Positions 1 to 11,504 are shown, counted from the stretch's first letter. The stretch is 64,000 nt of DNA from Candidatus Dormiibacterota bacterium (GCA_963709585.1 CAVPXI010000006.1:96001-160000); one strand, 5' to 3'. Numbers and translations are program-made. The notes: a model not told the origin generated them from the letters alone.

Positions 1-547
1 GGAGGCTGTACTCGTTCTGGGCGCTGACGAACCTGGTGAGGCCCCGGCTCCGCGCCACCCAGTCCGCATCCGCGATCTGCCAGCTCAGCAGGTTCGACGA
101 CCCCGCGCAACGGATCTTGCCCTCGCTGACCAGCTCGGTCAGAGTCTCGAGCGTCTCCTCGATCGGTGTCCCCGGATCCGGGGTGTGGAGCTGGTAGAGA
201 TCGATCCACTCGGTGTCGAGGCGTCGCAGGCTTGCCTCGACCGCGATCCGGATCCAGCGGCGCGACCCGCCGCTGCGCCCCTCACCACCCGACGAGTGCC
301 CGAACTTGGAAGCGATCACCGCCTCCTCGCGACGGCCCTTCAGCGCTGCGCCGAGCATCTCCTCGCTCTGTCCGCCGCCGTAGATGTCGGCGGTGTCGAA
401 GAAGGTGATTCCCTCCTCGAGCGCCGCGTGCACCACGCGGGTCGCACCCTCCGCGTCGATCCTGCGGCCGAAATTGTTGCAACCGAGTCCCACCACCGTC
501 GCCTGCAGAACGCCTCCACCGACGGGACGAGTCTCGAGGTCGCTCAC
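1..547 (-). CDS. Aldo/keto reductase (3' end runs off window)
   Basis: Manual translation from GTG 547: VVGLGCNNFG...GITFFDTADIYGGGQSEE...IASKFG...SLRRLDTEWIDLYQLH...SAQNEYSL, typical AKR motifs. Confidence 0.9.
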   Translation of the reverse strand, partial: MSDLETRPVGGGVLQATVVGLGCNNFGRRIDAEGATRVVHAALEEGITFFDTADIYGGGQSEEMLGAALKGRREEAVIASKFGHSSGGEGRSGGSRRWIRIAVEASLRRLDTEWIDLYQLHTPDPGTPIEETLETLTELVSEGKIRCAGSSNLLSWQIADADWVARSRGLTRFVSAQNEYSL

Positions 548-748
548 GCCGACAGGGTACGCAAAGCTCGTGTCTCCACAGCCGCTGGAGGCTGGTAGGC
601 TGACCCGGTTGGCAAGACGCGTCGTCGGGATCCCACCAGACCAAGGTCCGGCGCCGGAGCCGCCGAACCTCGCATCGGGGCGGTTTCCGACCGCGTCGCC
701 ATCGATTCGCAGAAGACCTCGCGTCGCGACGGCGGCAACGTCGTTTCG

Positions 749-1846
749 GTGCGCACGCTGGTGACCGCGGCACTGATCGTGCTCGGGATCGTGGCGCTGG
801 TGGCGTTCCTCGCCAGCATCATCGGCATCGTCCTGGTCGTGCTCGTGGCCATCGTCTTCGCGGAGGGCATACGGCCGCTCGTGGCGGACCTGCAACGCCG
901 GCGAATCCCACGGCCGCTCGGCATCCTGGCGGTGTACGTCGCGGTCCTCGCCTTTATTGCGGTCATGGTGCTGCTGCTCGTGCAGCCGATCGTCAGCGAG
1001 GCGTCGTCGCTCGCCACCAACTTTCCAACCTATCAAAAGGATTTCCTCAACTGGTTCACCGGGGTCGAACGGCAGTTCCACTTCAACGTGAACATCGCCC
1101 AGCAGGTGGGCTCGGTCATCAACTCCACGCGAAACATCCTGTTCGCGATCGGCAGCACGATCTTCAGCATCATCGTCGACTTCGTGCTCGTGCTCGTGGT
1201 CGGCTTTCTCTGGCTGGTGAGCAGCGACCGTCTCAAGGCATTCACCGTCGACCTGTTTCCCGAAGCCCACCACGACCTGGTCGTCGACATCTTTCGCGAG
1301 ATGGGATTCCGCATGGGCGGGTTTCTCCGGGCGGTGGCGATCAACAGCCTCGCGCTCGGGCTGGTGGTCGGAGTCGTCTGCTGGCTGCTACGCCTCCCGG
1401 ACCCGGTCATCCTCGGCATCTTTGCCGGTCTCACCGCGGCCATTCCGATGGTCGGCGGAATCATCGGCGTTGTGCCCGCCGTACTGCTCGGCTTCACCAT
1501 CAGCCCCGAATATCCGATCCTGGTGCTCGCCGTCCTCCTGGTGATCCAATTCGTCGACGCCAACACCGTGGTGCCCATGGTCATGAACCGCGTGGTCTCG
1601 CTGCCGGCGCTGGGGGTTGTGCTCGCGCTCCTCGTGGGCGGCGCCATCGAGGGCTTGATCGGCGCGATCCTCGCCGTCCCCGTGGCGGCGGCACTTCAGG
1701 TCCTCCTGGTGCGAGCGGCCGTCCCGGCGATCCACCATGCGCAGGGCCGCACCGACCAGGCGTACGCGAAGGCGTACGTCCCGCTGTCCGCCGGCCTCAA
1801 GGACTCGGCGCCGCGTACCGGCGGGCGGCGCGTCAATCCACGCTGA
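749..1846 (+). CDS. AI-2E family transporter
   Basis: Multi-TM protein with IPMVGG and 'GAIEGLIGAILAVP' C-terminal signature; start may be slightly upstream. Confidence 0.85.
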   Translation: MRTLVTAALIVLGIVALVAFLASIIGIVLVVLVAIVFAEGIRPLVADLQRRRIPRPLGILAVYVAVLAFIAVMVLLLVQPIVSEASSLATNFPTYQKDFLNWFTGVERQFHFNVNIAQQVGSVINSTRNILFAIGSTIFSIIVDFVLVLVVGFLWLVSSDRLKAFTVDLFPEAHHDLVVDIFREMGFRMGGFLRAVAINSLALGLVVGVVCWLLRLPDPVILGIFAGLTAAIPMVGGIIGVVPAVLLGFTISPEYPILVLAVLLVIQFVDANTVVPMVMNRVVSLPALGVVLALLVGGAIEGLIGAILAVPVAAALQVLLVRAAVPAIHHAQGRTDQAYAKAYVPLSAGLKDSAPRTGGRRVNPR

Positions 1847-1850
1847 CCGT

Positions 1851-3512
1851 TTAGAGCGGGATGTTGCCGTGCTTTCGCTGTGGGGTCCGAACCTGCTTGT
1901 CTCGCGCCATGCGCAGCGCGGCGATGAGCGCGCCACGCGTCTGTCGAGGCTCGATCACGTCGTCGATGTAGCCCCGTTCGGCAGCGTAGTACGGGTTGGC
2001 AAACTGCTCCCGGTATTCCTCGATCAGCTGTTCTGAGCGCTGTTTCGGGTCGGCTGCCTGGGATATCTCGCGCTTGAAGATGACGCTGACCGCGCCCTGC
2101 GGGCCCATGACGGCAATCTCCGCGGTGGGCCACGCCACGTTGTAGTCGGCGCGGATATGTTTGGAGCACATCACGTCGTACGCACCGCCGTATGCCTTGC
2201 GGGTGATCACCGTCAGCTTGGGAACCGTCGCCTCGCAGTAGGCGTAGAGGAGCTTGGCGCCGTGGCGGATGATGCCGCCGTATTCCTGGTCGGTGCCGGG
2301 GAGGAAGCCGGGCACGTCGACGAAGGTCACCAGCGGGACGTTGAACGAGTCGCACAAGCGCACGAAGCGGGCCGCCTTGATGGACGCGTTGATGTCGAGC
2401 GCGCCCGCGAGCACTCGCGGTTGGTTGCCGACCACGCCGACCGGGTGGCCGTCGAGCCTGGCGAAGCCGCAGATGATGTTCTCGGCGTGGTACTGCATCA
2501 CCTCGAGAAACCGGCCGTCGTCGACGATGCGCGTGACCAGGCTGCGCATGTCGTAGGGCTGATTCGGGTTGTCGGGGATGATGGTCTGCAGCTCGCGATC
2601 CTCGCGGTGCGGGTCGTCGAGGGTCGGCTGGTAGGGCGGCTGCTCGCGGTTGTTGGGTGGCAGATACGCGAGCAGCTCGCGCATCTGACCGAAGGCCTCG
2701 TCCTCGGTGTCGGCGATGAAATGCGCGACGCCACTTCGCTGGTTGTGCACGTCCGAGCCGCCGAGCTCCTCGAAGGTCACCTCCTCGCCGGTGGTGACCT
2801 TGATGACGTCCGGGCCGGTGATGAACATGTACCCCACCTTGCGCACCATGAAGATGAAGTCGGTCATCGCCGGCGAGTACACCGCGCCGCCGGTGCACGG
2901 TCCGACGATCAACGAGAGCTGCGGGACCACACCGCTTGCCTCGACGTTGCGATAGAAGATCTCGGCATAACCCGCCAGCGAGACCACGCCCTCCTGGATG
3001 CGCGCTCCGCCGGAGTCGTTGATACCGACGCATGGGCACCCGGTGCGGAGCGCGAGATCCATGATCTTGGTGACCTTTTCCGCGAACACCTCGCCGAGCG
3101 AACCACCGAAGACCGACGCGTCGTGACTGAAGACGAAGACCTGCCGGCCTCCGATCGACCCCCAGCCGGTGATCACCCCGTCGCCGCGGATCCTCCGCTC
3201 GTCCATGTCGAAGTTGGTGGTGCGGTGGAGGGCGAACATGTCGAGCTCGGTGAAGGATCCCGCGTCGAGCAGGCGGTCGATGCGCTCGCGCGCGGTGAGC
3301 TTGCCCTTCGCGTGCTGGGATCGCTCCGCGGCGCCGCCACGGTGGACCGCGTCGTAGCGGCGTTTGCGGAGCATGTTGATCTTCTTGCCGGTGCCGCCCG
3401 TCGACCCGCTCGTCGAGGCTGCTCCGGCGTCGATCGGTCCAGAGTTGGCGGCCGGAGCGACGGCATCGCTCGCACCGACGGGGGGAACGCCCTTGGGCGC
3501 CTGCCTGCTCAC
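1851..3512 (-). CDS. pccB: Acyl-CoA (propionyl-CoA) carboxylase beta subunit
   Basis: [35 protein letters not shown] and KHGNIPL motifs; next to mutase and epimerase. Confidence 0.92.
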   Translation of the reverse strand: MSRQAPKGVPPVGASDAVAPAANSGPIDAGAASTSGSTGGTGKKINMLRKRRYDAVHRGGAAERSQHAKGKLTARERIDRLLDAGSFTELDMFALHRTTNFDMDERRIRGDGVITGWGSIGGRQVFVFSHDASVFGGSLGEVFAEKVTKIMDLALRTGCPCVGINDSGGARIQEGVVSLAGYAEIFYRNVEASGVVPQLSLIVGPCTGGAVYSPAMTDFIFMVRKVGYMFITGPDVIKVTTGEEVTFEELGGSDVHNQRSGVAHFIADTEDEAFGQMRELLAYLPPNNREQPPYQPTLDDPHREDRELQTIIPDNPNQPYDMRSLVTRIVDDGRFLEVMQYHAENIICGFARLDGHPVGVVGNQPRVLAGALDINASIKAARFVRLCDSFNVPLVTFVDVPGFLPGTDQEYGGIIRHGAKLLYAYCEATVPKLTVITRKAYGGAYDVMCSKHIRADYNVAWPTAEIAVMGPQGAVSVIFKREISQAADPKQRSEQLIEEYREQFANPYYAAERGYIDDVIEPRQTRGALIAALRMARDKQVRTPQRKHGNIPL

Positions 3513-3549
3513 GCCGTCAGGCTACCAGGGGACCGCATCGCCGCTCGCT

Positions 3550-5140
3550 TCACACCGTGACCGGCGGACGGTAGACCCCGAAGATCTCGCGAAGCACGCC
3601 GCACACTTCACCGACCGTGGCCTGAGCCGCAAGCGCGCTGCGCATGAGCGGCAGCAAGTTGTCAGTGCCCTGCGCACCCGCGCGCACGGCGGCGAGCGCA
3701 CGGTTCACCTCGGACGCGGAACGGGCCGCGCGCATCTTCTCGAGGCGCTCGATCTGCGCCGCTTCAAGTGTCGCGTCGATGCGCAGGATCGGCACGGTGG
3801 GTTGCGACGTCTCGGTGAACCGGTTGACGCCGACGATGACCCGTTCGCCTGCTTCAACAAGGCGCTGGTGGCGATACGCCAACTCCTGGATCTGCTGCTG
3901 GTAGAAACCGGCCTCGATCGCCGCGACGGCACCGCCCTGGTCGTCGACGCGGCTCATGAGCGCCCGCGATTCGTCCATGAGGTCGTGGGTCAGCGCTTCG
4001 ACGAGGTGTGCCCCGCCCAGCGGATCGGTGACGCTGGCGGCGCCGGTCTCGTGCCCGATCACCTGCTGGGTGCGCAGGGCGATCTCCGCCGCCTGCTCTG
4101 ACGGCAGGGCGAGCGCTTCGTCGTAGCTGTTGGTGTGCAACGACTGCGCCCCACCGCACACCGCCGCCAGCGCCTGCAGCGAGACCCGCACCACGTTGTT
4201 GAGCGGCTGTTGCGCCGTGAGCGTCGCGCCGCTTGTCTGCGCGTGGAATCGCAGCTGCAGGCTGCGTGCTTCGGTCGCGCCGAAGCGGTCGCGCATCACC
4301 TCCGCCCAGAGCGCGCGGGCGGCGCGGAACTTGGCGACCTCTTCGAAGAAGTCGTTGCTGACATTGAAGAAGAAGCTCAGCCGGGGGGCGAAGTCCTCGA
4401 CCTCAAGGCCCGCGTCGATGGCCGCCTGCACGTAGGCGATGCCGTTGCTGAGCGTGAAGGCGATCTCCTGCGGTGCGGTCGCGCCCGCCTCGCGGATGTG
4501 GTAGCCGCTGATGCTGATCGTGTTCCAGCGCGGAAGACGCTGCGCGCAGTACGCGAACGTGTCGGTGACCAGCCGCATCGAAGGTCGCGGGGGAAAGATG
4601 TACGTCCCTCGCGCGGCGTATTCCTTGAGGATGTCGTTCTGGATCGTCCCCCCGAGCGTCGTGGCGGCGATCCCCTTGCGCTCGGCCGCCAGCTCGTAGA
4701 GCAGCAGGAGCGCCGCGGCCGGCGCGTTGATGGTCATCGACGTGGTGACGCGGTCCTGCGGGATGCCGCGCATGAGCAGCTCCATGTCCTCGAGCGAGTC
4801 GATCGCGACACCGACCTTGCCGACCTCACCGTGCGCCACGGGATCGTCGCTGTCGTAACCCATCTGGGTGGGCAGGTCGAACGCCACCGACAGCCCGCTC
4901 TGTCCGGCGCGCAGCAGGTAGTGGAACCGCTGGTTGGTCTGCTCGGCGCTTCCGAAACCCGCGTACTGGCGCATCGTCCAGAGCCGCGACCGGTACCCGT
5001 CCGCGCGGATGCCCCTGGTGTACGGGTAGTCACCGGGAGGTGGCGAGCCGTCCGGCTGGTCCACGTAGAACGGTTCGAGCGGGATGCCCGAACTCGGTCT
5101 CGGCGCGGATGCCGGGCTCTGCGCCGGGGTCCTCGCTCAT
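3550..5140 (-). CDS. Methylmalonyl-CoA mutase, substrate-binding subunit (no fused B12 domain); +1 insertion at 5090-5095
   Basis: [35 protein letters not shown] motifs; removing one base restores N-terminal [11 protein letters not shown] from ATG 5140. Confidence 0.9.
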
Positions 5141-5571
5141 GCGTCCGACCCGGGGTTCTCCTGGTCGGGCTGGCACAGCTCGGTGAGCACCCCGCCTGCC
5201 GCCGAGGGATGGAGGAACGCCACCAGGCGGCCGGCGGCGCCCCGTCGTGGACAGGTGTCGAGGAGTTGGAGGCCGAGCTCGGCGAAGTGGTCGATGCTGG
5301 CCTGAACGTCGTCGACGCCGTAGGCGACGTGATGGAGGCCGCTGCCCCGCCGGGCCAGGAACCCCGCGATCTTCGACTCCGGGCCGGTGCTCCCGAGCAG
5401 CTCGATGCGCAACTCCCCCACCTCGAACATGACCGCCTCGATGCCGTCGGAGGCGACGACCTGGCGGTGCACGGGGGTGGAGCCGGTCAGGCGCTCGTAG
5501 GTCGCGATCGCGACGTCGAGGTCGGCGACGGCGATTCCCACGTGGTCGATCCTCGTGAATGCGCTCGCCAT
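5137..5571 (-). CDS. mce: Methylmalonyl-CoA epimerase
   Basis: IDHVGIAV, GLHHVAY, FLHP..GGVLTEL; operonic with mutase. Confidence 0.9.
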   Translation of the reverse strand: MASAFTRIDHVGIAVADLDVAIATYERLTGSTPVHRQVVASDGIEAVMFEVGELRIELLGSTGPESKIAGFLARRGSGLHHVAYGVDDVQASIDHFAELGLQLLDTCPRRGAAGRLVAFLHPSAAGGVLTELCQPDQENPGSDA

Positions 5572-5646
5572 CGTCGGCCGAGTATAGGAAGCAATACGGC
5601 AACGCCGCGTTCGCGTCGGGGAACTCGATGCTAGCGTCCAGACGCC

Positions 5647-6918
5647 GTGAGCACCCGTCGCGCGGTCGCAGTCGCGGCCGCCGTCAGCACCGTCCTTCTC
5701 GCGTATTACGCGATCTCATGGGCCCAGGTGACCCCGGTTCGCGAACGCGGAACCGACTTCTCCGCCTCGTACGTGGCGGCGCTCCTGGTGCGCGGTGGTG
5801 ATGGAGCCGGACTCTACGACCAGCAGGCCGAGCATTCCCGACACCTGACCCTGCTCCCTGCCGGCACGGTCATCGACCTGCCCTTCATCACGCCCCCGAC
5901 CACAGCGCTGCTCGCCCTCCCTCTCACCGTCCTCGACCCGGGAACCGCCTTCAGGGTCTGGTCGGTCATGGAGCTCGCGCTGCTCGCGCTCGCCGTGTGG
6001 GTGGCGATCCGCGCCGGACCCTGGCCGTCGCGCCTCGGGCGCGCACCTCGAGCGGCCACGATGCTGATGGCGATCGCCGCCGGCGGGACCTACGCGTTCC
6101 TGCTGCTTGGTCAGATCGATGGCATCGCCGCCCTCGGCCTCGCGGCCTCATACGCGGCCTGGCGCAAGGATCGGCCCGCTGCCGCCGGCTTCTGCTTGGC
6201 GCTCGCTTTCGCCGCCACCAAGCCCCATCTTGCTATCGGGCTCGGCGTCTGGCTGGTCGCGCGCCGCGACTGGCGAGCACTCGGCGGGGCCGCGGCCGGC
6301 TGCGCAGCCGTCGCCGCCGTGTCCCTGGCACTGGTCGGCCCGGGGGGCCTCGCCGGGTTCGTGTCGGCATTGGGATTCGCCGTCGGCAACACCCCGGGAG
6401 CGAGCACGCTCGGCATTCCCGGGCTGGTGGCGTCCTGGCTCGGGGGGGGCACGGTCCCGGCGGCCATCGGGGTCACGGGGTCACTGATCGCGCTCGGCGG
6501 CTGCGGCCTGCTCGGGGCGCGATCGCGCGGCAACCGCGGAGCGCTCGAAGCCTCGCTCGCGGGTGCGGCGGCACTGTCGCTGGTGGCGTCCCCGCATCTC
6601 CTGCCCCACGACCTCGTGATCCTCGCACCGGCCTTCGCGTGGTGCGCGGCACGAGCCGCCGTCGCCGAGAGCGCGCCATGGCCGGGTCTGGCGACGATCC
6701 GGCTGATCGCGGCGTGGGCCGTGCTCGGCGTGCTCACCCTCGTCGATACCGGGAACGCGGCGCCCGCGCCTCCGGGGCGGCTCGTGCCCGTGGGGCTGCT
6801 CGGGATCGGCATCGCCGCCCTGATGATCCCTCCGTCGAGACCTCGCGTCGAGAATCCGGCGCGGGTCGCTCTCGCTCAGTCCGGCAGCGGAAGCGGCGCC
6901 GGGGGGTCGACGGCGTAG
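5647..6918 (+). CDS. GT87 (DUF2029) family GT-C membrane glycosyltransferase
   Basis: DFSASY..LYD, PFITPP, GQID, TKPHL, SPHLLPHD motifs; multi-TM. Confidence 0.8.
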   Translation: MSTRRAVAVAAAVSTVLLAYYAISWAQVTPVRERGTDFSASYVAALLVRGGDGAGLYDQQAEHSRHLTLLPAGTVIDLPFITPPTTALLALPLTVLDPGTAFRVWSVMELALLALAVWVAIRAGPWPSRLGRAPRAATMLMAIAAGGTYAFLLLGQIDGIAALGLAASYAAWRKDRPAAAGFCLALAFAATKPHLAIGLGVWLVARRDWRALGGAAAGCAAVAAVSLALVGPGGLAGFVSALGFAVGNTPGASTLGIPGLVASWLGGGTVPAAIGVTGSLIALGGCGLLGARSRGNRGALEASLAGAAALSLVASPHLLPHDLVILAPAFAWCAARAAVAESAPWPGLATIRLIAAWAVLGVLTLVDTGNAAPAPPGRLVPVGLLGIGIAALMIPPSRPRVENPARVALAQSGSGSGAGGSTA

Positions 6919-7793
6919 TCGTAGAAGCCGCGACCGTTCTTGCGGCCGAGGCGGCCGGCATTGACCATGCGCTCGAGGATCGCCACGGTCGCGACGTCGC
7001 CCGGGGCGTGGTCGCGTTGCATGCGGTCCCGGCGAATCGTCAGCACGGTATCGAGACCTGAGAAGTCGGAGAGCTGGAAGGGGCCCATCGGCCAGTTGAG
7101 CCCTTTGCGCACTGCGGTGTCGATGTCCTCCGCCGACGCAACCCCGCCCTTGAGCAGTGAGAAGGCCTCCCGGGACGCCGCGCCCAGGATGCGGTTGACG
7201 ATGAAGCCGTCGATCTCCTTCTCGACCACGATCGGCGTCCGGCCCATCCGCCGCGACCAGGCGACCGCACGGGCGCAGGTCTCGTCGGAGGTTTCGGGGC
7301 CGCGCACCACCTCGCACAGGTCCATGACCAGGACGGGGTGGAAGAAGTGCATGTTGCAGCAGAGCTCCGGACGCGCCGTCGCATCCGCGAGCCGTGAGAC
7401 CACGATGTTGCTCGAGTTGGTGGCGATCCCCGCATGCGCCGGCAGGTGCGCGTCCAGCGCGGCGAAGACCTCGCGCTTGACCGATGGCAGCTCGACGACC
7501 GCCTCGATCGCCCACGCCGAATCCGACGCCGCCGAGGCGAGGTCGGTCGTCGCCGTCACGCGGCGCGCGGCCGACTTCGCCTCCGCGCGTTCGAGCTTGC
7601 CCTTGTCGACACGGCGGTCGAGCCACTGGCGGTTCGACGCCATCGCGCGCTGGAGAGTCTTGGCGTCCACGTCGACGAGCGAGACTTCGATGCCGTGGAG
7701 CGCTGCCTGCTGTGCGATCTGCGCTCCCATGGTCCCGGCTCCCACGACGAGGAGACGCCCCTGGTCCCCACCGTCCGGCACGGTTGACGTCAT
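6876..7793 (-). CDS. 3-hydroxyacyl-CoA dehydrogenase
   Basis: VVGAGTMG, IEAVVE, ATNSS, MHFFHP, GFIVNR, PMGPF, GRLGRKNGRGFY. Confidence 0.92.
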   Translation of the reverse strand: MTSTVPDGGDQGRLLVVGAGTMGAQIAQQAALHGIEVSLVDVDAKTLQRAMASNRQWLDRRVDKGKLERAEAKSAARRVTATTDLASAASDSAWAIEAVVELPSVKREVFAALDAHLPAHAGIATNSSNIVVSRLADATARPELCCNMHFFHPVLVMDLCEVVRGPETSDETCARAVAWSRRMGRTPIVVEKEIDGFIVNRILGAASREAFSLLKGGVASAEDIDTAVRKGLNWPMGPFQLSDFSGLDTVLTIRRDRMQRDHAPGDVATVAILERMVNAGRLGRKNGRGFYDYAVDPPAPLPLPD

Positions 7794-7797
7794 CCGC

Positions 7798-8235
7798 TCA
7801 GCTTTCGTCCGGCCACCTGACCGGCACGCGGGTGGTGCAGTTGGTGAGCTCTTGCGAGGCCTTGGTGTAGCGGATGATCGTCGGGAAGTCGCCCTTCAGC
7901 TTCAGCCGGCCGAGCATGATCCCCTTGGTGGCGTCCAGCTCTTTTTGCGCCACCTGCTTCCAGCGCGAATACGCACCGGTGATCACGAACCTGGCCTGTT
8001 GCGCGTCCTCGCGCGTCCCGACGCGGACGTCGCGCGCCTCACCGTGCCACAGATCGAGGAACACACCGCGGTCGTCCGGGAAGTTCTTGTCCGGCTCGGC
8101 GAGCACCACCAGTCCGACCGTGCCCTCCCAACCCGCCGCCGCCTGCTTGTAGATCGACGACTTGTTGATCTCGGCCTTGAACGCGTCGGCCCACTCCTGG
8201 CTGTAGGCCTCGACGACGACGTCGCTGTCTGCCAC
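7798..8235 (-). CDS. SCP2 sterol/lipid-binding domain protein
   Basis: SQEWAD...DLWHGE...GIMLGRLKLKGD pattern; lies in fatty-acid cluster. Confidence 0.8.
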   Translation of the reverse strand: MADSDVVVEAYSQEWADAFKAEINKSSIYKQAAAGWEGTVGLVVLAEPDKNFPDDRGVFLDLWHGEARDVRVGTREDAQQARFVITGAYSRWKQVAQKELDATKGIMLGRLKLKGDFPTIIRYTKASQELTNCTTRVPVRWPDES

Positions 8236-8337
8236 TGCTCTGCCTCCTTGGACGTGGGCTCCGGCGCCGCCGGGCAGCTAAGTGTGCGTTTCCTGCTTCA
8301 CTCTCCGCCACCGGCGTGAACCTGCCATTCTCTGCAT

Positions 8338-8517
8338 ATGTCCCGAACCACGCCGATGACCGTCGATGCCACGTGCGCGCGCTGCGACGGCACCCGGGTC
8401 ATTCCGCTGACCTTCGGCGATCGTCAGACCGGCTACGAACAACCCGGATACAAGTGCCCCGATTGCGGTGCGCGCTTTCAAGCCCTGCACAACCAGCGAC
8501 TTCCGCGCCCGATCTGA
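8338..8517 (+). CDS. 59-aa zinc-ribbon microprotein (CxxC-x24-CxxC)
   Basis: Manual translation MSRTTPMTVDATCARCDGTRVIPLTFGDRQTGYEQPGYKCPDCGARFQALHNQRLPRPI; fills intergenic gap; homologue at 58311-58451. Confidence 0.7.
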   Translation: MSRTTPMTVDATCARCDGTRVIPLTFGDRQTGYEQPGYKCPDCGARFQALHNQRLPRPI

Positions 8518-8550
8518 GCGGGGGGCGCGCCGCGTTGGCCATCGCGTCTA

Positions 8551-10731
8551 TCAGCCTTGCGCAGGCTCCTTGAGGGCGCGCGCGACGTAGACGGCCACGT
8601 CGTCGACCGCAATCGAACCGCCGATCTGCTTGGCCGAGATGCCTTCGTCGAACATGGCCAGGCAGAAGGGGCACGCGGTCGCGACCTTGGTGGCGTGCGT
8701 GTCCACCGCCTGGTCGACCCTGCGATGGTTGACCCGCGGCTGGTCCTCCTCCATCCACATCCTGCCGCCGCCGGCTCCGCAGCACATCCCCTCGCTCTTG
8801 CTCCGGGCCATCTCGACGACTCTCAGGCCGGGAATGCGCTCGAGGATCTCCCGGGGAGGGGCGAAGATGTCATTCCAGCGACCCAGGTAGCAGGAGTCGT
8901 GGTACGTGATCGTTTCGTCCTGCGCTTTGGCCGGATCGAGTGTGATCCGCCCTTCCTTGAGCAGGCGATCGATCAGCTGGGTGTGATGGACGACCTCGTA
9001 CTCGCCGCCGAAGTCCCCGTACTCGTTGGCGAATGTGTTGAAGCAATGCGGGCACGACGCGATGATCTTGCGCACGTTGTGCCGCTTGAGCACCTCGACG
9101 TTCTCCTTTGCGCGCTCCTGAAAGAGGTACTCGTTCCCGATCCGTCGCGCGGGATCGCCGGTGCACTTCTCCTCGGTGCCGAGGATGGCGAAATCCACAC
9201 CTGCGGCCTGAAGGATCTTCGAAAGCGCCGCCGCGATCGTCCTGGCGCGCTCGTCGAAGGATGCGGCGCACCCGACCCAGTACAGGTACTCGGCGTCAGG
9301 TTTGTCGGCGATGAATGACACGCCGAGGTCCTTCGCCCAATCCGCTCGCGACTGGTGGGAAAGGCCGTACGGGTTGGCGACGTTCTCGATGTTGCGCAGC
9401 GCCGATTCCGCCTGCTTCGGCAGGCGCGATTCGTCGAGGACGAGATGCCGGCGCATGTCCATGATCTTGGGAACATGCTCGATCAGTACCGGGCACTGAT
9501 CCATGCACGCACCGCATGTGGTGCAGGACCAGAGCGTCTCTTCGAGGATGGTGCCGCCGATCAGCGGTCGCGTTCCCCCGGCCGGAACCGCCGCGGCCAC
9601 CTCCTCGGGTGACAGCCACGAGGGTTGAAAATGCCCGGGCAGATCGTGCTCGGCGCCGGGGTGATGATCGCCGGTCGTCCACATCGCCGCGCCATCGCCG
9701 GACGTCTGGGCGATGTGGGCGTCGTGCCTGGTGGCGGCGTAGCCGCCCGCGAGGTTCTCGTACGCGAGGTCGCGGAGGTCGGTGATCAGTGTCTTCGGGG
9801 ACAGCGGCTTGCCCGTGTTGTATGCCGGGCAGTGGGTCTGGCACCGACCGCACTCCGTGCAGGTATAGAGGTCGAGCGTGTCCTTCCATGAGAAGTGCTC
9901 GAGCGCGCCGGCGCCGAAGTGCTGGTCCGCCTCGTTCTCCGCATTCATCACGGCCTCGAGATCGACGGTTCGAAACGCTCCCTTCGGTCGTTCGTTCTTG
10001 AAGAAGACGTTGGGCACCGAAGTGATGATGTGGAGATGCTTGCTGTAGCCGAGGTAGACGAGAAATCCGAAGACCAGGGTCAGGTGTGCCCAGAACAAGA
10101 TGCCGTGAATGACGATCAGCGCCTCGCTCCCCGAGCCGAGCGGCCGGAAAATGCCGGCGAGTGCGGACGCGATGGGTCGCCACTGACCGACCGCTTCGGG
10201 GGCGCCTTCGGCGATCCGCGTGGCGTAGTTGAGCTCCATGCAGATGAGGAGCACGGCGATCCACACGAGGATGAGGATGGCGTCACCACGGTGGCTGCCT
10301 CGAAATCGCGTGGGATTGATCACCAGCCGGTTGAACAGTGCCATCGCGATGCCGCAGATCACGACGAAGAAGAACAGGTCCTGCAGGAAAGCGATCGCGC
10401 CGCTCCCAGGGAGCAGGTTGAACTGAAACCCTTGCCAGAGCGCTTCGACGATCCCCTGTGCAATCGCGGTGAGCAGCACCACGAAGCCCCAGAAGATGAA
10501 GGCGTGCAGAAGACCCGCGAATGGCCACCTGAGCAACCGTCCCTGCGCCACCACGTACACGAAGAAGGCGCGCACTCGCGACGCCGGGTGGTCGAGGCGG
10601 CGCTCGGGGCGAGTCGATCGGCGCATCTCACCGAGCAGCCTTCGCCAGCGCAGCCCGCTCGCGGTCAGCGACGCTCCGGCGAGCAGCACCAACGCGATCG
10701 GACTGAGGATCGCGGTCGCAGCCGCGGACAT
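8551..10731 (-). CDS. Membrane-bound Fe-S oxidoreductase (FadF/HdrD-like, CCG domains)
   Basis: N-terminal TM region, CTECGRCQTHCP and CTTCGACMDQCP clusters, YHDSCYLGR, CCGAGGG. Confidence 0.9.
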   Translation of the reverse strand: MSAAATAILSPIALVLLAGASLTASGLRWRRLLGEMRRSTRPERRLDHPASRVRAFFVYVVAQGRLLRWPFAGLLHAFIFWGFVVLLTAIAQGIVEALWQGFQFNLLPGSGAIAFLQDLFFFVVICGIAMALFNRLVINPTRFRGSHRGDAILILVWIAVLLICMELNYATRIAEGAPEAVGQWRPIASALAGIFRPLGSGSEALIVIHGILFWAHLTLVFGFLVYLGYSKHLHIITSVPNVFFKNERPKGAFRTVDLEAVMNAENEADQHFGAGALEHFSWKDTLDLYTCTECGRCQTHCPAYNTGKPLSPKTLITDLRDLAYENLAGGYAATRHDAHIAQTSGDGAAMWTTGDHHPGAEHDLPGHFQPSWLSPEEVAAAVPAGGTRPLIGGTILEETLWSCTTCGACMDQCPVLIEHVPKIMDMRRHLVLDESRLPKQAESALRNIENVANPYGLSHQSRADWAKDLGVSFIADKPDAEYLYWVGCAASFDERARTIAAALSKILQAAGVDFAILGTEEKCTGDPARRIGNEYLFQERAKENVEVLKRHNVRKIIASCPHCFNTFANEYGDFGGEYEVVHHTQLIDRLLKEGRITLDPAKAQDETITYHDSCYLGRWNDIFAPPREILERIPGLRVVEMARSKSEGMCCGAGGGRMWMEEDQPRVNHRRVDQAVDTHATKVATACPFCLAMFDEGISAKQIGGSIAVDDVAVYVARALKEPAQG

Positions 10732-11504
10732 CAACGCCCTTTCCACTCCGGTGGACGTTTCTGCATGAAAGCCGCGATGCCCTCCTGAGCGTCCTCGGTG
10801 GCGAAGAGCGCCACGAACTCGCGTCGCTCCTCCTTGAGCGCATCGGAGATGGGAAGTTGCGCGCCGGCGCGCATCGCGCGCTTGGTGGCAGCCAGCGCCA
10901 GGGGCGCCCTGGCGGCGAGAAGCTCGGCCCAGCGACGCGCCGCCGCGGCAAGCTCGTCGGGTTCGACGACCTCTGCGACCAATCCGATTGCCAGCGCCCG
11001 GTCGGCATCGATCGGATCGCCGGTGAGCAGCAACTCGGTGGCACGCGCGCTGCCGATCAGCCGAGGGAGCCGCTGCGTCCCGCCCCAGCCCGGGATGATC
11101 CCGAGCTTGATCTCCGGCTGACCGAAGCGCGCGGTACGCGCTGCAAGACGAACGTCGCAGGCAAGCGTCAACTCGCAGCCGCCGCCGAATGCGATGCCGT
11201 TAACCGCGGCGATGACGGGGAGCCGCGACGCCTCGAAGAGCAGGGTGAGATCGGTCGCCTTGCCGATCGCATCGGCGCCCGCGCCGAAGCCGGTGATGTC
11301 GGCACCGGCGGAGAAGAACTTGGGTCCGCTCCCGGTGATGACCAGGGCGCGGCAGGACTCATCGGCTTCGGCATTCGCGAGGCCCTCGACCAGGCCGTTG
11401 ACCACATCCCCGTTGACCGCGTTCGCCGGAGGGTGGTCGATGGTGAGCGTGACGACCGCGCCCTCGCGCTCGACGCGGATGACGTCGTGGAGAACCTGAC
11501 CCAC
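10731..11504 (-). CDS. Enoyl-CoA hydratase/isomerase
   Basis: FSAGADI, AFGGGCEL, FGQPEIKLGIIPGWGGTQRL. Confidence 0.92.
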   Translation of the reverse strand: MGQVLHDVIRVEREGAVVTLTIDHPPANAVNGDVVNGLVEGLANAEADESCRALVITGSGPKFFSAGADITGFGAGADAIGKATDLTLLFEASRLPVIAAVNGIAFGGGCELTLACDVRLAARTARFGQPEIKLGIIPGWGGTQRLPRLIGSARATELLLTGDPIDADRALAIGLVAEVVEPDELAAAARRWAELLAARAPLALAATKRAMRAGAQLPISDALKEERREFVALFATEDAQEGIAAFMQKRPPEWKGR